Shown here: one piece after another, positions 1-11,122 of the stretch | Position numbering within the stretch: position 1 is the first letter of the stretch | Layout of the letters: every line of letters starts with the position of its first letter | Origin: Octopus bimaculoides | Taxonomy: Eukaryota | Length of the DNA: 36,035 bases | Reading direction: 5' to 3' | NCBI RefSeq assembly: GCF_001194135.2 | Contig: NC_068985.1 | Coordinates: 53,910,941 to 53,946,975 of the forward strand | Program-made: the position numbers and the translations under genes | The notes under the pieces: model-generated | What the model saw: only the letters and a program-made list of their open reading frames with translations | What the model was told of the DNA's origin: nothing | The model's database searches: none

Positions 1-198
1 TGTACAGGCGTTGCTTGAAGGCCGTCCCAGCTGACCTGCTATATTTCCAGGCTTGAGTGTTGGTTGTACCAGTAATGTGAGCATTAACTGTTCATTTTAG
101 TATATTGTAGAACCTTCCATTAAACAAGCAAAACACATACATTGAGTATGTGCTGTCGATAATGTTTACAACGATAGCGCTGCTTTTAATTCCTAATT

Positions 199-200
<2 letters not shown>

Positions 201-235
<35 letters not shown>

Positions 236-276
236 TGTGTGTGTGTCTGTGTGTCTGTGTGTGCGTGCGTGTGTGT
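201..276. repeat. (GT)n microsatellite
   Basis: Directly visible. Confidence 0.95.
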
Positions 277-914
277 TTTGGAGGGATACGTACTGACGTA
301 TATATATGCACACACACACAAACACTGTTTTATGTATTGAGTTCTCTTTTTTCAGTTACCTGTATAATGCTCATTAACTAAATCGTACTATCTGGAAACA
401 GACGACTGCATAGAATATCTCGATTCCTCCAGAAACCCTATACATAAAAAGACTGATCGAGAAAAAGAAGCATCTCACAATACACATACGCTGGTAGTCA
501 TACTTTCTCCAAAATGGAAACTATGAAGACTCTGGGAACAACGAATATAGATTCAGAATGCGAAATAGCCAAAGTAGAACAAGATGGTAGAAGCATTTAA
601 AGTAGGTCTTCTTAACATGATAATAAAGATAACTTTTTAGAAATGTATTCTAAAGTTTCGAAACACATTACATAAAGACCTGAGCTATTTCGGTAACTCT
701 GAAATACATGTTTCCTTTAATAAACAAAGAATCTTTAAGGGATCGTTAACCTTGCATACATAATGCTTCTCTCCAGCAGCATCTGAAAATATAATATAAA
801 TATATATAACATAAATAACAAAGAAGAAAACGACTTAGTCTCCGCCCAGGATAAATTATCTAGCAGCCCGCCAACCTTATATTACATTAAAGCACTAAAT
901 ACTAACTTATTTAT

Positions 915-1364
915 CTAAAGTTGGCACTTAGGAGACTCTAAATGCTGACTTATTACCCCTGCTAAGAAAAACATGGTTGTCAAATGATCGCTTGCATGAA
1001 ATTCTGAGTACAGTTTATGAAGCTTTTTCAGCTTCAATATATTTCGGTTAAAAAACATGCGACTGAAATGAAAGTAAAAATTTGACTTTATCTGATGCAA
1101 AAGCACGAATATTTGTACATGGACGTATGTCTTTGCTTCGTATAGGTATATATATATATATAGATATCTGTGATTATGTTTCTTTGAATATTGTGCTGAA
1201 GATGGAAAATAAGCTTTTTTTACTGCTTTAATCCCGAAATTGGACCCAATGCACAATTTACTGTGAAGTTTTATTTTGTATTTTTCATTTGCTCGCTTAC
1301 AACCCAAGTTTTTGTAGGAGTTATAACAGTGGCTTTTTAGCGCCTTTGACGCTTCTTTTAGCAT
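915..1364 (-). mobile_element. Possible decayed MULE-type transposase fragment
   Basis: ORF segments GIKAVKKAYFPSS and NFYFHFSRMFFNRNILKL loosely resemble the MULE motifs AIKAVFP and CxFHFxQxxxRK. Weak, by-eye match. Confidence 0.3.
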
Positions 1365-1522
1365 GTTGGAGAAGGTTATTTCCTGATCTCTTTAATATAA
1401 TTATATATTTACATATATAATTATTAATTTTAGCATATAATTTACCAACAAGGTTTTATCTCATGCTGGCAACTTGATATTATCATTAACATGATTTTAT
1501 CCTGATTTCTATTAAGTATATA

Positions 1523-2378
1523 TATACCCAGATATGCACCTATATATACAGGTAGACGTAGGTATGCACATACCTGTACGTATATGTGCATATATTCATT
1601 TATTATTTGTTTTACATGATCGAACGCCCGCGTCATTCCCTGTAAGTAGTTTTTGAACTTTATATTCTCTGACGCGACTCTATCTATCTCTATCTCTATA
1701 ACTTTTTCCCCTCTCGTTCTTCCTTCTGTTACTACTATATTTCTCTTTTCCTCTCGTTGCTCACCTATTTTCTACTTCCTCCCCTTGTTTCTCCCTCTAC
1801 CACTCTCTCTCTCTCTTCCTTACCCCTCGCTGGTCACATGTGTCCAGTTACTTTCTTTTCTTTTCTTCCTTGGCTATCGCCAAGCAAACACGCGAACTTA
1901 CTTCGTCCCGCTTCCAGTTCGTTGCTTCACAGCGTTCATTATACACATAATTTTTCACGTCTGGCCGTATAGCCTTTTCCGTTTGTTTTCCTGTCTTGTT
2001 TTCTTTTCCGTTCGTTTTCCTGTCTTGTTTTCTTTTCCGTTTGTCTTCCTGTCTCATTTTCTGTCCGCCACTACATTCCTGCATGGTACAAATTTAATTT
2101 GTGTATGCAAACTTGATTTGTGGCCCGTGGGAAGAGCCATTTTAACGATGCGTCCTGCCCTACTCTTCGAAACGCCTGTGTTAGAATGGGGGTAGCTGAT
2201 GAAGGAAAACGTTCTCTATGTGGCCTGTGTGTTTTCTGTACTCTGGTTAATATTATTTTTTTGTATACGTTTTGTTTGCAATGTCCTATACCCAGATATG
2301 CACCTATATATACAGGTAGATGTAGGTATGCACATACCTGTACGTATATATGCATATACTCATTTATTATTTGTTTTA
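1523..2378 (+). mobile_element. Non-autonomous element with 92-bp direct terminal repeats, probably PLE pseudo-LTR-derived
   Basis: 1523-1614 and 2287-2378 are direct repeats (3 mismatches, offset 764). Both ends abut TA-rich tracts. Internal CGAAAC at 2168 and CTGATGA at 2196. PLE origin is inferred. Confidence 0.5.
1975..2061. repeat. Three tandem copies of a 29-bp pyrimidine-rich unit
   Basis: Unit ttttccgtttgttttcctgtcttgttttc starts at 1975, 2004 and 2033. Confidence 0.9.
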
Positions 2379-2380
2379 TA

Positions 2381-2415
<35 letters not shown>

Positions 2416-2453
2416 NNNNNNNNNNNNNNNNNNNNNNNNNNNNNNNNNNNNNN

Positions 2454-2497
<44 letters not shown>
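2379..2497. repeat. (TA)n, gap, (GA)n compound microsatellite
   Basis: Directly visible; N gap at 2416-2453. Confidence 0.95.
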
Positions 2498-2503
<6 letters not shown>

Positions 2504-2519
2504 TCAACACTATTATAAC

Positions 2520-3055
2520 GCAATCGACTAATCTTCCACTCTTGAATAACACTTCAGTCATACGTAACAAACAACTAAATTTATGCAGATTGACATTGTT
2601 GAATTCTACCCTTGAGTAACGAAACCTCTTCTACAAAACAACGCTGGTTTTCAGCAGCAGGTTTACCACAAATAGCAACATTGATATAATCACGCACGTT
2701 TGAAGCTCACTTTTCTTCGGTGACTCATTTTGGGCCAAACATGATGATACATAGACCTCCGATATCTCCATGAGGTGCATGAGATGCTTTGACGGATCGG
2801 ATACATGTAACTTTATTGAATTATTTATATTAGATACTCTCTAGGCAAAATTCAACCAACTAGAGCTAGGGATTTACAGAGATGGCGAATTAATTACATC
2901 CCATAACAAAAATGACTACCAACTGGACAGATTTAGAAAACACCTTAATCTAACAAGTCAGCATTGACACTAATGTACTTAATTTCTTTGACATTACCTT
3001 TAACTTAAATTCGGATGAATATATCTCACATAGAAATCCTAACAGTACTTTCCAA
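2520..3055 (+). mobile_element. Penelope-like element reverse transcriptase relic (stops and frameshifts)
   Basis: Stitched frames give NNTSVI...QIDIVEFYP, SSLFFGDSFWAK, DISM..CFDGSDTCNFIELFILDTL*AKFNQLELGIYRDG (YRDG at 2875-2886) and SIDTNVLNFFDITFNLNSDEYISHRNPN. These match the PLE RT motifs FDIVEFYP, MGSFDGAE, GLYRDD and VNFLDVTFNL..Y.PYRKPN in order. Confidence 0.8.
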
Positions 3056-3077
3056 TGAAAAATCAACTGCACTGAGA

Positions 3078-3175
3078 AATATTCTTTTCTACTCTAGGCA
3101 CAAGCCCGAAATTTTGGGGGAGGAAGCCAGTCGATTATATTGACCCCAATACGCAACAGGTACTTAATTTAAGGT
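3078..3175 (-). mobile_element. SINE family B, 3' fragment
   Basis: ctaggcacaagcccgaaattttggggg...gaccccaatacgcaacaggtacttaattt. Confidence 0.7.
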
Positions 3176-3289
3176 ACTCAACTTTTTATACTCGGTCAAG
3201 AGCTAACTTCCACACACACACGCACACATACAGGCACGCACAGACACACACACATGCCACCACCTCAAAATACTACCGTGACTACGACA

Positions 3290-3625
3290 TTATTTACACA
3301 AGGTGGAGAATATACCACCAGCTTTGCTCAAACGGTCTTAATTTCACATTTAAAATTCGTCCGAGGTTGAAACCCGTGCCGTACGCTTCCCCAACTCAAT
3401 TCAGGCTCACAATACATAACTACTTTGCATCACAATTACTTTACCTCAGTCAGCCCAACTCTACTTAATACTATCTCGAAACAAATCAAAGAAAGAGATC
3501 CCATAACCTTCAAATGATATCTGGATAAAATTCTTAAAAGGATGCCACGGAAACTACCTATGCCTGGATATATCTCAGTCAACCACAAGTCTCTATTTGA
3601 ACGAGCAATGAAACCACAAAACCTG
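3290..3625 (+). mobile_element. CR1-clade LINE 3' end relic
   Basis: Stitched translation WRIYHQLCSNGLNFTFKIRPRL...HNYF...KQIKERDPITFK*YLDKILKRMPRKLPMPGYISVNHKSL resembles the CR1 ORF2 C-terminus FK..LDKFL..IPD.P..PGY. Confidence 0.6.
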
Positions 3626-4080
3626 GCTTAAAAATGACTTACCAGATCATATCGGATGATGTTCATAAATTAGACATGACCTGAGCCAGTTTTAGCCGAA
3701 ACATATCTAAGTTTACGTAAATAGATGTCGAGATTAGAGCTATTTGTAAATTTTCAATCTAATATGCTTCTAATGCTGTATTCCCAACAACTATGGTGAA
3801 ACATACATAAGAACAAATGACGTAAACTTTCGTTTATCGAAATTTTTGAAACTCATATATATATATATATAATAAAATTTTATTAGAGGTTGTATTAACC
3901 TCATGAAGAGATGGTTTCGGCCAAGGAAATACTGGTTCAATAGCTAGTATTTTGGGGGAATGAATTTTCCTTAAAATAATAGGTATATATAAAAACATAT
4001 AGCTTATATTCATTTAAAAGAAGAAGAAAATGGAGATTGAGAAGTTAATAATTGTTTATTATTAACACTAAATTTGTCGT

Positions 4081-4170
4081 CTTCACTTACGGCCGTTTCT
4101 ATTGATACTCAATAAACATTAAATTTATATATATAAGCGACATGAGCATAATATCATCTGAAGAAAAAAG
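4081..4170 (-). ncRNA. Type I hammerhead-ribozyme-like motif with one core substitution, within a TA-flanked PLE-like element (about 3850-4190)
   Basis: Minus strand reads CAGATGA, an 11-bp helix II (TATTATGCTCA/TGAGTATCAATA with one bulged C), GAAA, CGGCCG, TA. Helix III is the palindrome ACGGCCGT. Helix I pairing is weak. Confidence 0.5.
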
Positions 4171-4774
4171 ATGTACCTTTGATGTTATAGCTANNNNNNN
4201 NNNNNNNNNNNNNNNNNNNNNNNNNNNNNNNNNNNNNNNNNNNNNNNNNNNNNNNNNNNNNNNNNNNNNNNNNNNNNNNNNNNNNNNNNNNNNNNNNNNN
4301 NNNNNNNNNNNNNNNNNNNNNNNNNNNNNNNNNNNNNNNNNNNNNNNNNNNNNNNNNNNNNNNNNNNNNNNNNNNNNNNNNNNNNNNNNNNNNNNNNNNN
4401 NNNNNNNNNNNNNNNNNNNNNNNNNNNNNNNNNNNNNNNNNNNNNNNNNNNNNNNNNNNNNNNNNNNNNNNNNNNNNNNNNNNNNNNNNNNNNNNNNNNN
4501 NNNNNNNNNNNNNNNNNNNNNNNNNNNNNNNNNNNNNNNNNNNNNNNNNNNNNNNNNNNNNNNNNNNNNNNNNNNNNNNNNNNNNNNNNNNNNNNNNNNN
4601 NNNNNNNNNNNNNNNNNNNNNNNNNNNNNNNNNNNNNNNNNNNNNNNNNNNNNNNNNNNNNNNNNNNNNNNNNNNNNNNNNNNNNNNNNNNNNNNNNNNN
4701 NNNNNNNNNNNNNNNNNNNNNNNNNNNNNNNNNNNNNNNNNNNNNNNNNNNNNNNNNNNNNNNNNNNNNNNNNN

Positions 4775-4822
4775 ATATATATATATGTATGTATGTATGT
4801 GTGTATGTAGATAGATAGATAG

Positions 4823-4853
<31 letters not shown>

Positions 4854-4865
4854 TGTATGTATGTA
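4775..4865. repeat. TA/TATG/TAGA compound microsatellite
   Basis: Directly visible. Confidence 0.95.
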
Positions 4866-5964
4866 CCTATACACTGCAGTATTATAAATCAACTGGTTTT
4901 TACCATGCGGTTTGGCGCACGTGTTAGGGGAGACCCTAAAACTGTGCTCGTCAGAGGGACTAATGTAAAACGCAGAATGTGAAGTCTATGCACACACACA
5001 TATACGTATATTATCTGAAAGACACTATATTGTTATTATGTTCGACTAAAACGATACTGTGAAGAAACAATTAGTCTAAATAAATATAGCGTATCTAAAA
5101 ATAATAAAATTTAAATGACAAAATAATATATGCTTTCTGTATGAACACGAAAGCTGCACGGTTACGAATAACAAAGTTACCTGGGTCACATTAACCCTGT
5201 ACTTTCCCATACTTTCCTATACTTTTCATATACAACCAAGCAAACTTTGCTATGCATTGAGAGGTCTTGTCCGAAACCTTGTAATTCACCTATCTATTAT
5301 TTGAATATCTCATGAGTTTTGTTGACACAATTCAGAACTAGCTTCTTTAGACTATAGAGGTGGCGGTCTGGTGTTATTGCTGTTGCCGTTTCGCAGCAAC
5401 ACATTGACAAATTGTAAGATTTATGCCATTATCTGTGTTGAATTCCTCAACAAACGTTACATGTTTGATATTAACGAAGCATCTCACCGCCACCTCTATC
5501 CGCAATCCTCCAAACGTACCCAGCCATATATAAAGAATGCTTTAAAATGTTACTGCAAATGTCGTTTAATCCTAGAGCAGTGAATTAGGAGAGTCGTTAA
5601 AATGTGGAATTCAGTGTCTTGTGGTATTTGTTCTAACTCCCTGTGCTCTGGGTTCGAATCCAGCTGAAATCGACATTACCTTTCATCTTTTTAATAAAAA
5701 AAAATACCAACTCGTATAGATGGAACTGTCAGAGCATGAATCATCAAATTTCTTATATCGTTGACTCTTGGAATCGACGATAATTACTGAATCTGATCAC
5801 GTAAATTTCTAAAAAAAGATTAAAAACTAAATTGATGAATACTTCTTGATTTGAAAATAATTATTCCTCTGTTCTTGTGTGTCATTACCGCATTTTAATT
5901 AACAAACTATTTAAAGAAATTACTTAATGAACTTGATAAAGAGCAATAAAAATTCAATCCTATT

Positions 5965-6160
5965 ATATTCTTTTCTACTTTGGGGGAGGGGGCTAATCGA
6001 TTAGATCGACCCCAGTACGCAACGGCTACTTAATTTATCAACTCAGAAAAGACGAAGGGCAAAGTCGACCTCCGGGGAATTTGAACTCAGAAGGTAAAGA
6101 CAGCCGAAATACCACTAATCATTTCGCCCGGTGTGCTAACGTTTCTGCCAGCTCGCCGCC
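5965..6160 (-). mobile_element. tRNA-derived SINE family B, CpG-retaining copy
   Basis: Minus-strand head ggcggcgagctggcagaaacgttagc...B-box-like GAGTTCAAATTCC...gtcgactttgcc. Confidence 0.85.
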
Positions 6161-7039
6161 CTCAATCCTATTACATTGTTATAGTCGCGATATTTAAAGT
6201 AAAATATGTGTTTGGTAAATATTAGTTTATTCATCGATATTTGACTGGAATTTTGCGAGTCTGGGCCTTAAATTACAACACTCTTCCAGATTCAGTTCGC
6301 TAATAATTTAGCACCCTTAGTACTCAAGTTGTTTCGGGTGTTTATTGATTGCTTAGATAGCCACACCACCACCACCCGACACACACACACACACACACAC
6401 ATACACAGCAAGGGTTAGTACTGACCACTTTGCTGACTCCAGTGCTCGAGGGTCAGACAAGATGCCATATGGTCTTTGTTCCAGCTCTGTGAATTGACAG
6501 CAACGCCTGCGACCTGTCCCTGGATAAATATCGGTGAGGTGGAGAATGGAGACTTGCATAAATAGATAACTGCTAATTTTCGTCAAAAGATCTTGCCCAG
6601 GCCAACACGTACATGTATAAATGAGTGGTCAACACTGACAGACGGAAGCTCTTATTCTAAGTCATCACACGCACTACAATATCTACAACAGACAATAGGC
6701 ACAACCGTTAATACATCAATCCAAGAAGAAGTGGAACATAATTTATCATTTCCTCTCATGTTGTATATAGACTGAGCATTGTTGCATCTATCTACATATA
6801 TATATACAGGCCTAAGCAAGACATTTTGAGGTCCACTAGAAGTTCACCATGCTCCCAAGCCTCCCCCATCCACACTTCCGATGTTTATCCAAGAGAAAGG
6901 CCTCCGACATAGCCTAATACGGCTTGGCATCACAATAGATACCTTGAGGCGTCTCATACTGTATAATAGAAATGTGTAATATTTCCTCATAAATAATATT
7001 AATAGAATGTATAATGTATAAGACCACTGCAATATAATT

Positions 7040-7260
7040 CAACCCTTTCAACGTGGAAAGCGAATAAAGCCACTCAGAATTTTATTCCGTTAACTGCAGA
7101 AAGCAGTTTTACCCCACGGTTATACTGCAGGAACCGAAGTAACACCAGAGGCACTTTTTACAAAAGACAATTTTTCAGATTTTCTCAATTTCTTTCACAT
7201 ATTTCATCAAATAATGGTAGAGATGAAAACCGTACTTAAAACAGATACTAGAAAAGTATT
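7040..7260. mobile_element. Interspersed repeat with a piggyBac-like end, copy 1
   Basis: aaccctttcaacgtggaaagc...gttaactgcagaaag...tatttcatcaaata is similar to 25214-25390. Confidence 0.5.
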
Positions 7261-7439
7261 GCAAAAGTAGAAAATATGAACTTTTTGTTGGCGGGGGGGG
7301 GGGGACATCTTTACTGAAATGATCATGAAATTTAATTACGCTGTCAAAGGGATTCTATGTAAATGGTATACTGTATCCAAAATAAAACAGTTTTTCATTG
7401 AAATGTCATTCTCATTTACGATGCTATATAAAATACTAC

Positions 7440-7600
7440 GTTGAGCCCCAATACTTTACTACTCCTTTATTTTATCGAACCCCGCAAAGAGGTAAAAGCA
7501 AATTTGGTCCCGGTAACATTTGAACCCAAAACGTAAAAGCTGTAACTAAATACCGTAGATATTTAGTCAGGCACTCTACGGATTCCCGAATAGATATCGC
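7440..7600 (-). mobile_element. SINE family B, degenerate copy
   Basis: tttatcgaaccccgcaaagaggtaaaagcaaatttgg...tttgaacccaaaacgtaaaa...aataccg. Confidence 0.55.
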
Positions 7601-8247
7601 TAACGTCAACATAATATCACTAAGTTTTCAGAAGTTACTAGAACTTCGATCGATAATCTACGGGTATGAACTGTTAATGTACTCTTGTACATTTGCTCTT
7701 TATGCGACATCAAATCTTGTTCGTTATATAATGAAAATTGTGACTAATGTCGTGCAGTAAAAACACTGACGTCGATGTTGTTTCATTACTCAGTATTTTT
7801 TCGCATCAAATGTACATTAATACTATTTATCATAGGGAAAATAGGGACTTTACACTCCCACATTCGTCGTCTTCGCCTCCTTCTTAAAGCCCTTTGTAAT
7901 TTATAATAGTTGGTTATAAGTTACGTCCCTTATAATACTAGTTTTCTCCCCTGTATTTATTAAACTGTTAAAGGGAGATAACTTGTTGATTTTTGTCTTT
8001 GTATGTGGTTTGTAAGCTTTCTTTTATGTAAACTCGAATATCGAAACGAATTTCGCTGTATATTAGGAGAGATTTTTCGCCAATAAACGCGCGCTCTTAA
8101 ATGACGGCTAATCGTAGTATTCTATATATAAATATGGATGGTAAATCAAATTAATACTCTTATCAATGTTACCTAGTGGTTGTCTTTTGAGATGTGACAT
8201 CGATCATCGTTTGTTATTGAAAAATCGCTGGTTCAAATATTTCCCTT

Positions 8248-8305
<58 letters not shown>

Positions 8306-8543
8306 TCACACAGAATTGAAACGTTGTTTGATTTTTTTTCAGCGCTGAATGTTCACCATCCCACTTCCATTGCACACACACACACACACATTCACATACC
8401 TCCCTTTTACATACACACACATATACTCACACAGAGATAAAACGCCCCACTATCAGTTTGCCATCACCCCTTCCTTCATCGTTCATATGTTGTAACAGAG
8501 AAAAACACATGAGTATTATTATAGTAGATTATTAATACAATTG

Positions 8544-8709
8544 GTTAGTTATTTAACCAACCAACTAATCACTTGCTTAATCAGTCGGTTAAACAATCAA
8601 TCAATCTGTCTTCGGTATTCGCAATCTCATCAATGACATGTTCTATCACCTCTAGGTCTTCTTCAAATCTGATTAAGCAAGCGATCAATTAGTTCGTTAA
8701 ATAACTAAC
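8544..8709. repeat. 41-bp inverted repeat with an 84-nt spacer (MITE-like or hairpin)
   Basis: 8544-8584 versus the reverse complement of 8669-8709: 36 of 41 identical. Confidence 0.85.
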
Positions 8710-9089
8710 AAGGCCTGCACTTGATCTGCAGCAGCAATATCTGCTGCAGGTGAAGTTAGTTAATGTAACAGAGAAGTGACGCCTCTCATGGGCTCTTTCA
8801 TATTCTCTCTTGTTTCTCCTCAGTAACTGGAATTATAAGATTCAGCACTTGTAGTTCTATTTATCACACTGAACATAAAGATGAACAAAATGCTGCTGAG
8901 TGTCTTGTCTAACAGGCTAACAATTCTGCCTGCTCACCACCTTAATAATGATAATGATGATGATTTCTTTTATTTCTCACCAGGACAATGGATGAGAGAA
9001 ATAATAGGAAGACTGACATGAAGTGTTGGAGTTTATACATAATGAAATATGTAAAAAAGGAAAGGTAGAAAGTGGACATGTTATAAAAT

Positions 9090-9460
9090 GAAACAAAGAA
9101 AGGAAGTATACATAGTATACAATAGTTATGAAAAAAAGAGAAATGGTGGTGGTGATGTGGCCCTCTTGAAACAGGAGGACCTCAAGGGACAATCAAGGAA
9201 TCCCACCATCCAAGATCTCCCTGAACAACCAGGGCAAGTGCCCTCTCCAGTTCCATTTCTCCAACTCACAGGTCTGTACTTAAAGTAGAGACATCCCCTC
9301 TTAACAATTTTGCAACTTTCACCCACCTTTCAGTAAATTCGCTTGAGGACAGCAAGTCCTTCTCTACCCTCACTTTCTTTACATGGTTGATCCACCTGCT
9401 AGAAACAACAGCCAAATCACCCTCAAATAATATCTTCACATCTTGAAAATTATATGGACA
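9090..9460 (+). mobile_element. Possible LINE APE-endonuclease relic
   Basis: KKRNGGGDVALL resembles the APE motif R.R..GGGVA.L. The rest is degenerate. Confidence 0.35.
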
Positions 9461-9839
9461 AATTAGATAAAGTGGTCCTAGATACAGGATGGTTGTGGTT
9501 ATGGTGCCTTTAATCAACACTCTTCTGGAATGGAGCTAACCTGGGGCTAAACAACAAAATCTATCAAATTCCCTGCAAAATCTTTATCTCACAATCTATG
9601 TTTCTCATGATGATCTCACAAATATAGAGAATTACCTAACCCAAACGTTAGGTTTCTTCATTTAATTCCAAAAATACTTCATCTCAAATCAGTTATTTAC
9701 TTTCAAGGAAATGACAAGGGACTTGGAGTTGTGGAGATTTGCTGTACTTGAGAAGACATGTTAAGCTAAGTAAAATTGTGGTCATCCATACATACAGGTT
9801 TGTCCTTTACAGGTGCTGATACCAAATATAATGCACCTG

Positions 9840-10050
9840 TGCCAGTACTCTGTAAATGCACCCATGTTGGTGGTACATAAAAAGCACCCAGCACACTCTA
9901 TAAAACAGTTGGCATCAGGAAGGGCATCCAGCCATAGAAACCATGCCACAACAGACAATTAGAGTCTGGACAGCTCCCCAGCTGGCCAGCTCCTGTTAAA
10001 CTGTTCAAATTGTATGGAAAATGGACGTTAGATGATGATGATGATGATAA
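9840..10050 (+). mobile_element. Same RTE-tail repeat family, degenerate copy
   Basis: ggcatcaggaagggcatccagccatagaaacc...tggaaaatggacgttagatgatgatgat. Confidence 0.7.
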
Positions 10051-10239
10051 TGAAATATATATAAATATATTTTGGTAACCCATTTGATACTAACCCACTT
10101 AAAATTAACTCTGTTTCTCTCATACAAATTTCCAGTGATTTAAATTAAAAACCCTCCCTCAAAATTTCCTGTAAATTTCAGTTTCCAAATATAAGCTTAA
10201 TAATGACAAAGTTATTTTATTAAATTCTTCTTCTTCATC

Positions 10240-10430
10240 CTCATCATCATTTAACATCCATTTCCAATGCTGGCATGGGTTAGACAGTTTGACTTGGAGC
10301 CGGTAAGCTGGAGAGCTGCACCAAGTTCCAATCTGTTTTGGCTTGATTTCTATGGCTGGCTAGATGCCCTTCCTAATGCCAACCACTCCACTGGGTGTAC
10401 TGAATGTTTTTTACGTGTCAGCAGCACAGG
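10240..10430 (-). mobile_element. RTE-tail repeat family copy
   Basis: atcatcatttaacatccatttccaatgctggcatgggtt...gatgcccttcctaatgccaacc. Confidence 0.7.
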
Positions 10431-10611
10431 TGTGTTTTACCACTAAGTATTTTACCTAACATGCTAATGATTCTGCTAGCTCACAACTTTACAATACAAA
10501 TAAAATATTAGCATTTGGAATACATTGCTTATACTTCAATCAGCTTGGGTTTCATTCCTCAAAAAACTGATTCAAAAATTACTTCACTTTCAAGTCTTGT
10601 ATATGTATATC

Positions 10612-11122
10612 ATGGCTGTGTGGTAAAAGCTTGCTTCCCAACCACACAGTTCCAGGCTCAGTCCCACTGCATAGTACCTTGGGCAAATCTCTTCTATTAT
10701 AGCCTTGGACCAACCAAAGTTTTGTGAGAGGATTTGTTCAACGGAAACTGAAAAAAGCCCGTCATATATATATATATATATATATATATATCAAAAGGAT
10801 GTGTTATAATACTATTCCACATATACAAAACATCCATACCAACAATCCTGCATACCTCCATCATCAGCTTCCCCACAGATATCATTATGGTTTTGATACC
10901 TGGGCAGTACCATTCAATCCAGTGGTGTCAACAGCACTAAAATAAGTGTTGTTTGGGAAACAAACCAAAGAAACCACAACTTTCAAACACATTTACCCTA
11001 TTTACAACCATATCAGTAAATAAACTCAATAAGTAAATTACAACCAATTCCTAAATATGTAACTAAACAGTGACCAATCCATTAAGTCATACAAATATTA
11101 TAATCCCTACTGTCTTCCATAG

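Noticed and set aside
3637-3690. Minus-strand ATGAACATCATCCGATATGATCTG|gtaagt (MNIIRYDL) as a first coding exon
   Set aside because: I found no compatible downstream exon or recognisable protein, and it abuts a CR1 3' end.
4924-4939. TTAGGG/CCCTAA as telomeric or telomerase-template sequence
   Set aside because: It is a single inverted hexamer pair, not a tandem array or a 1.5-repeat template.
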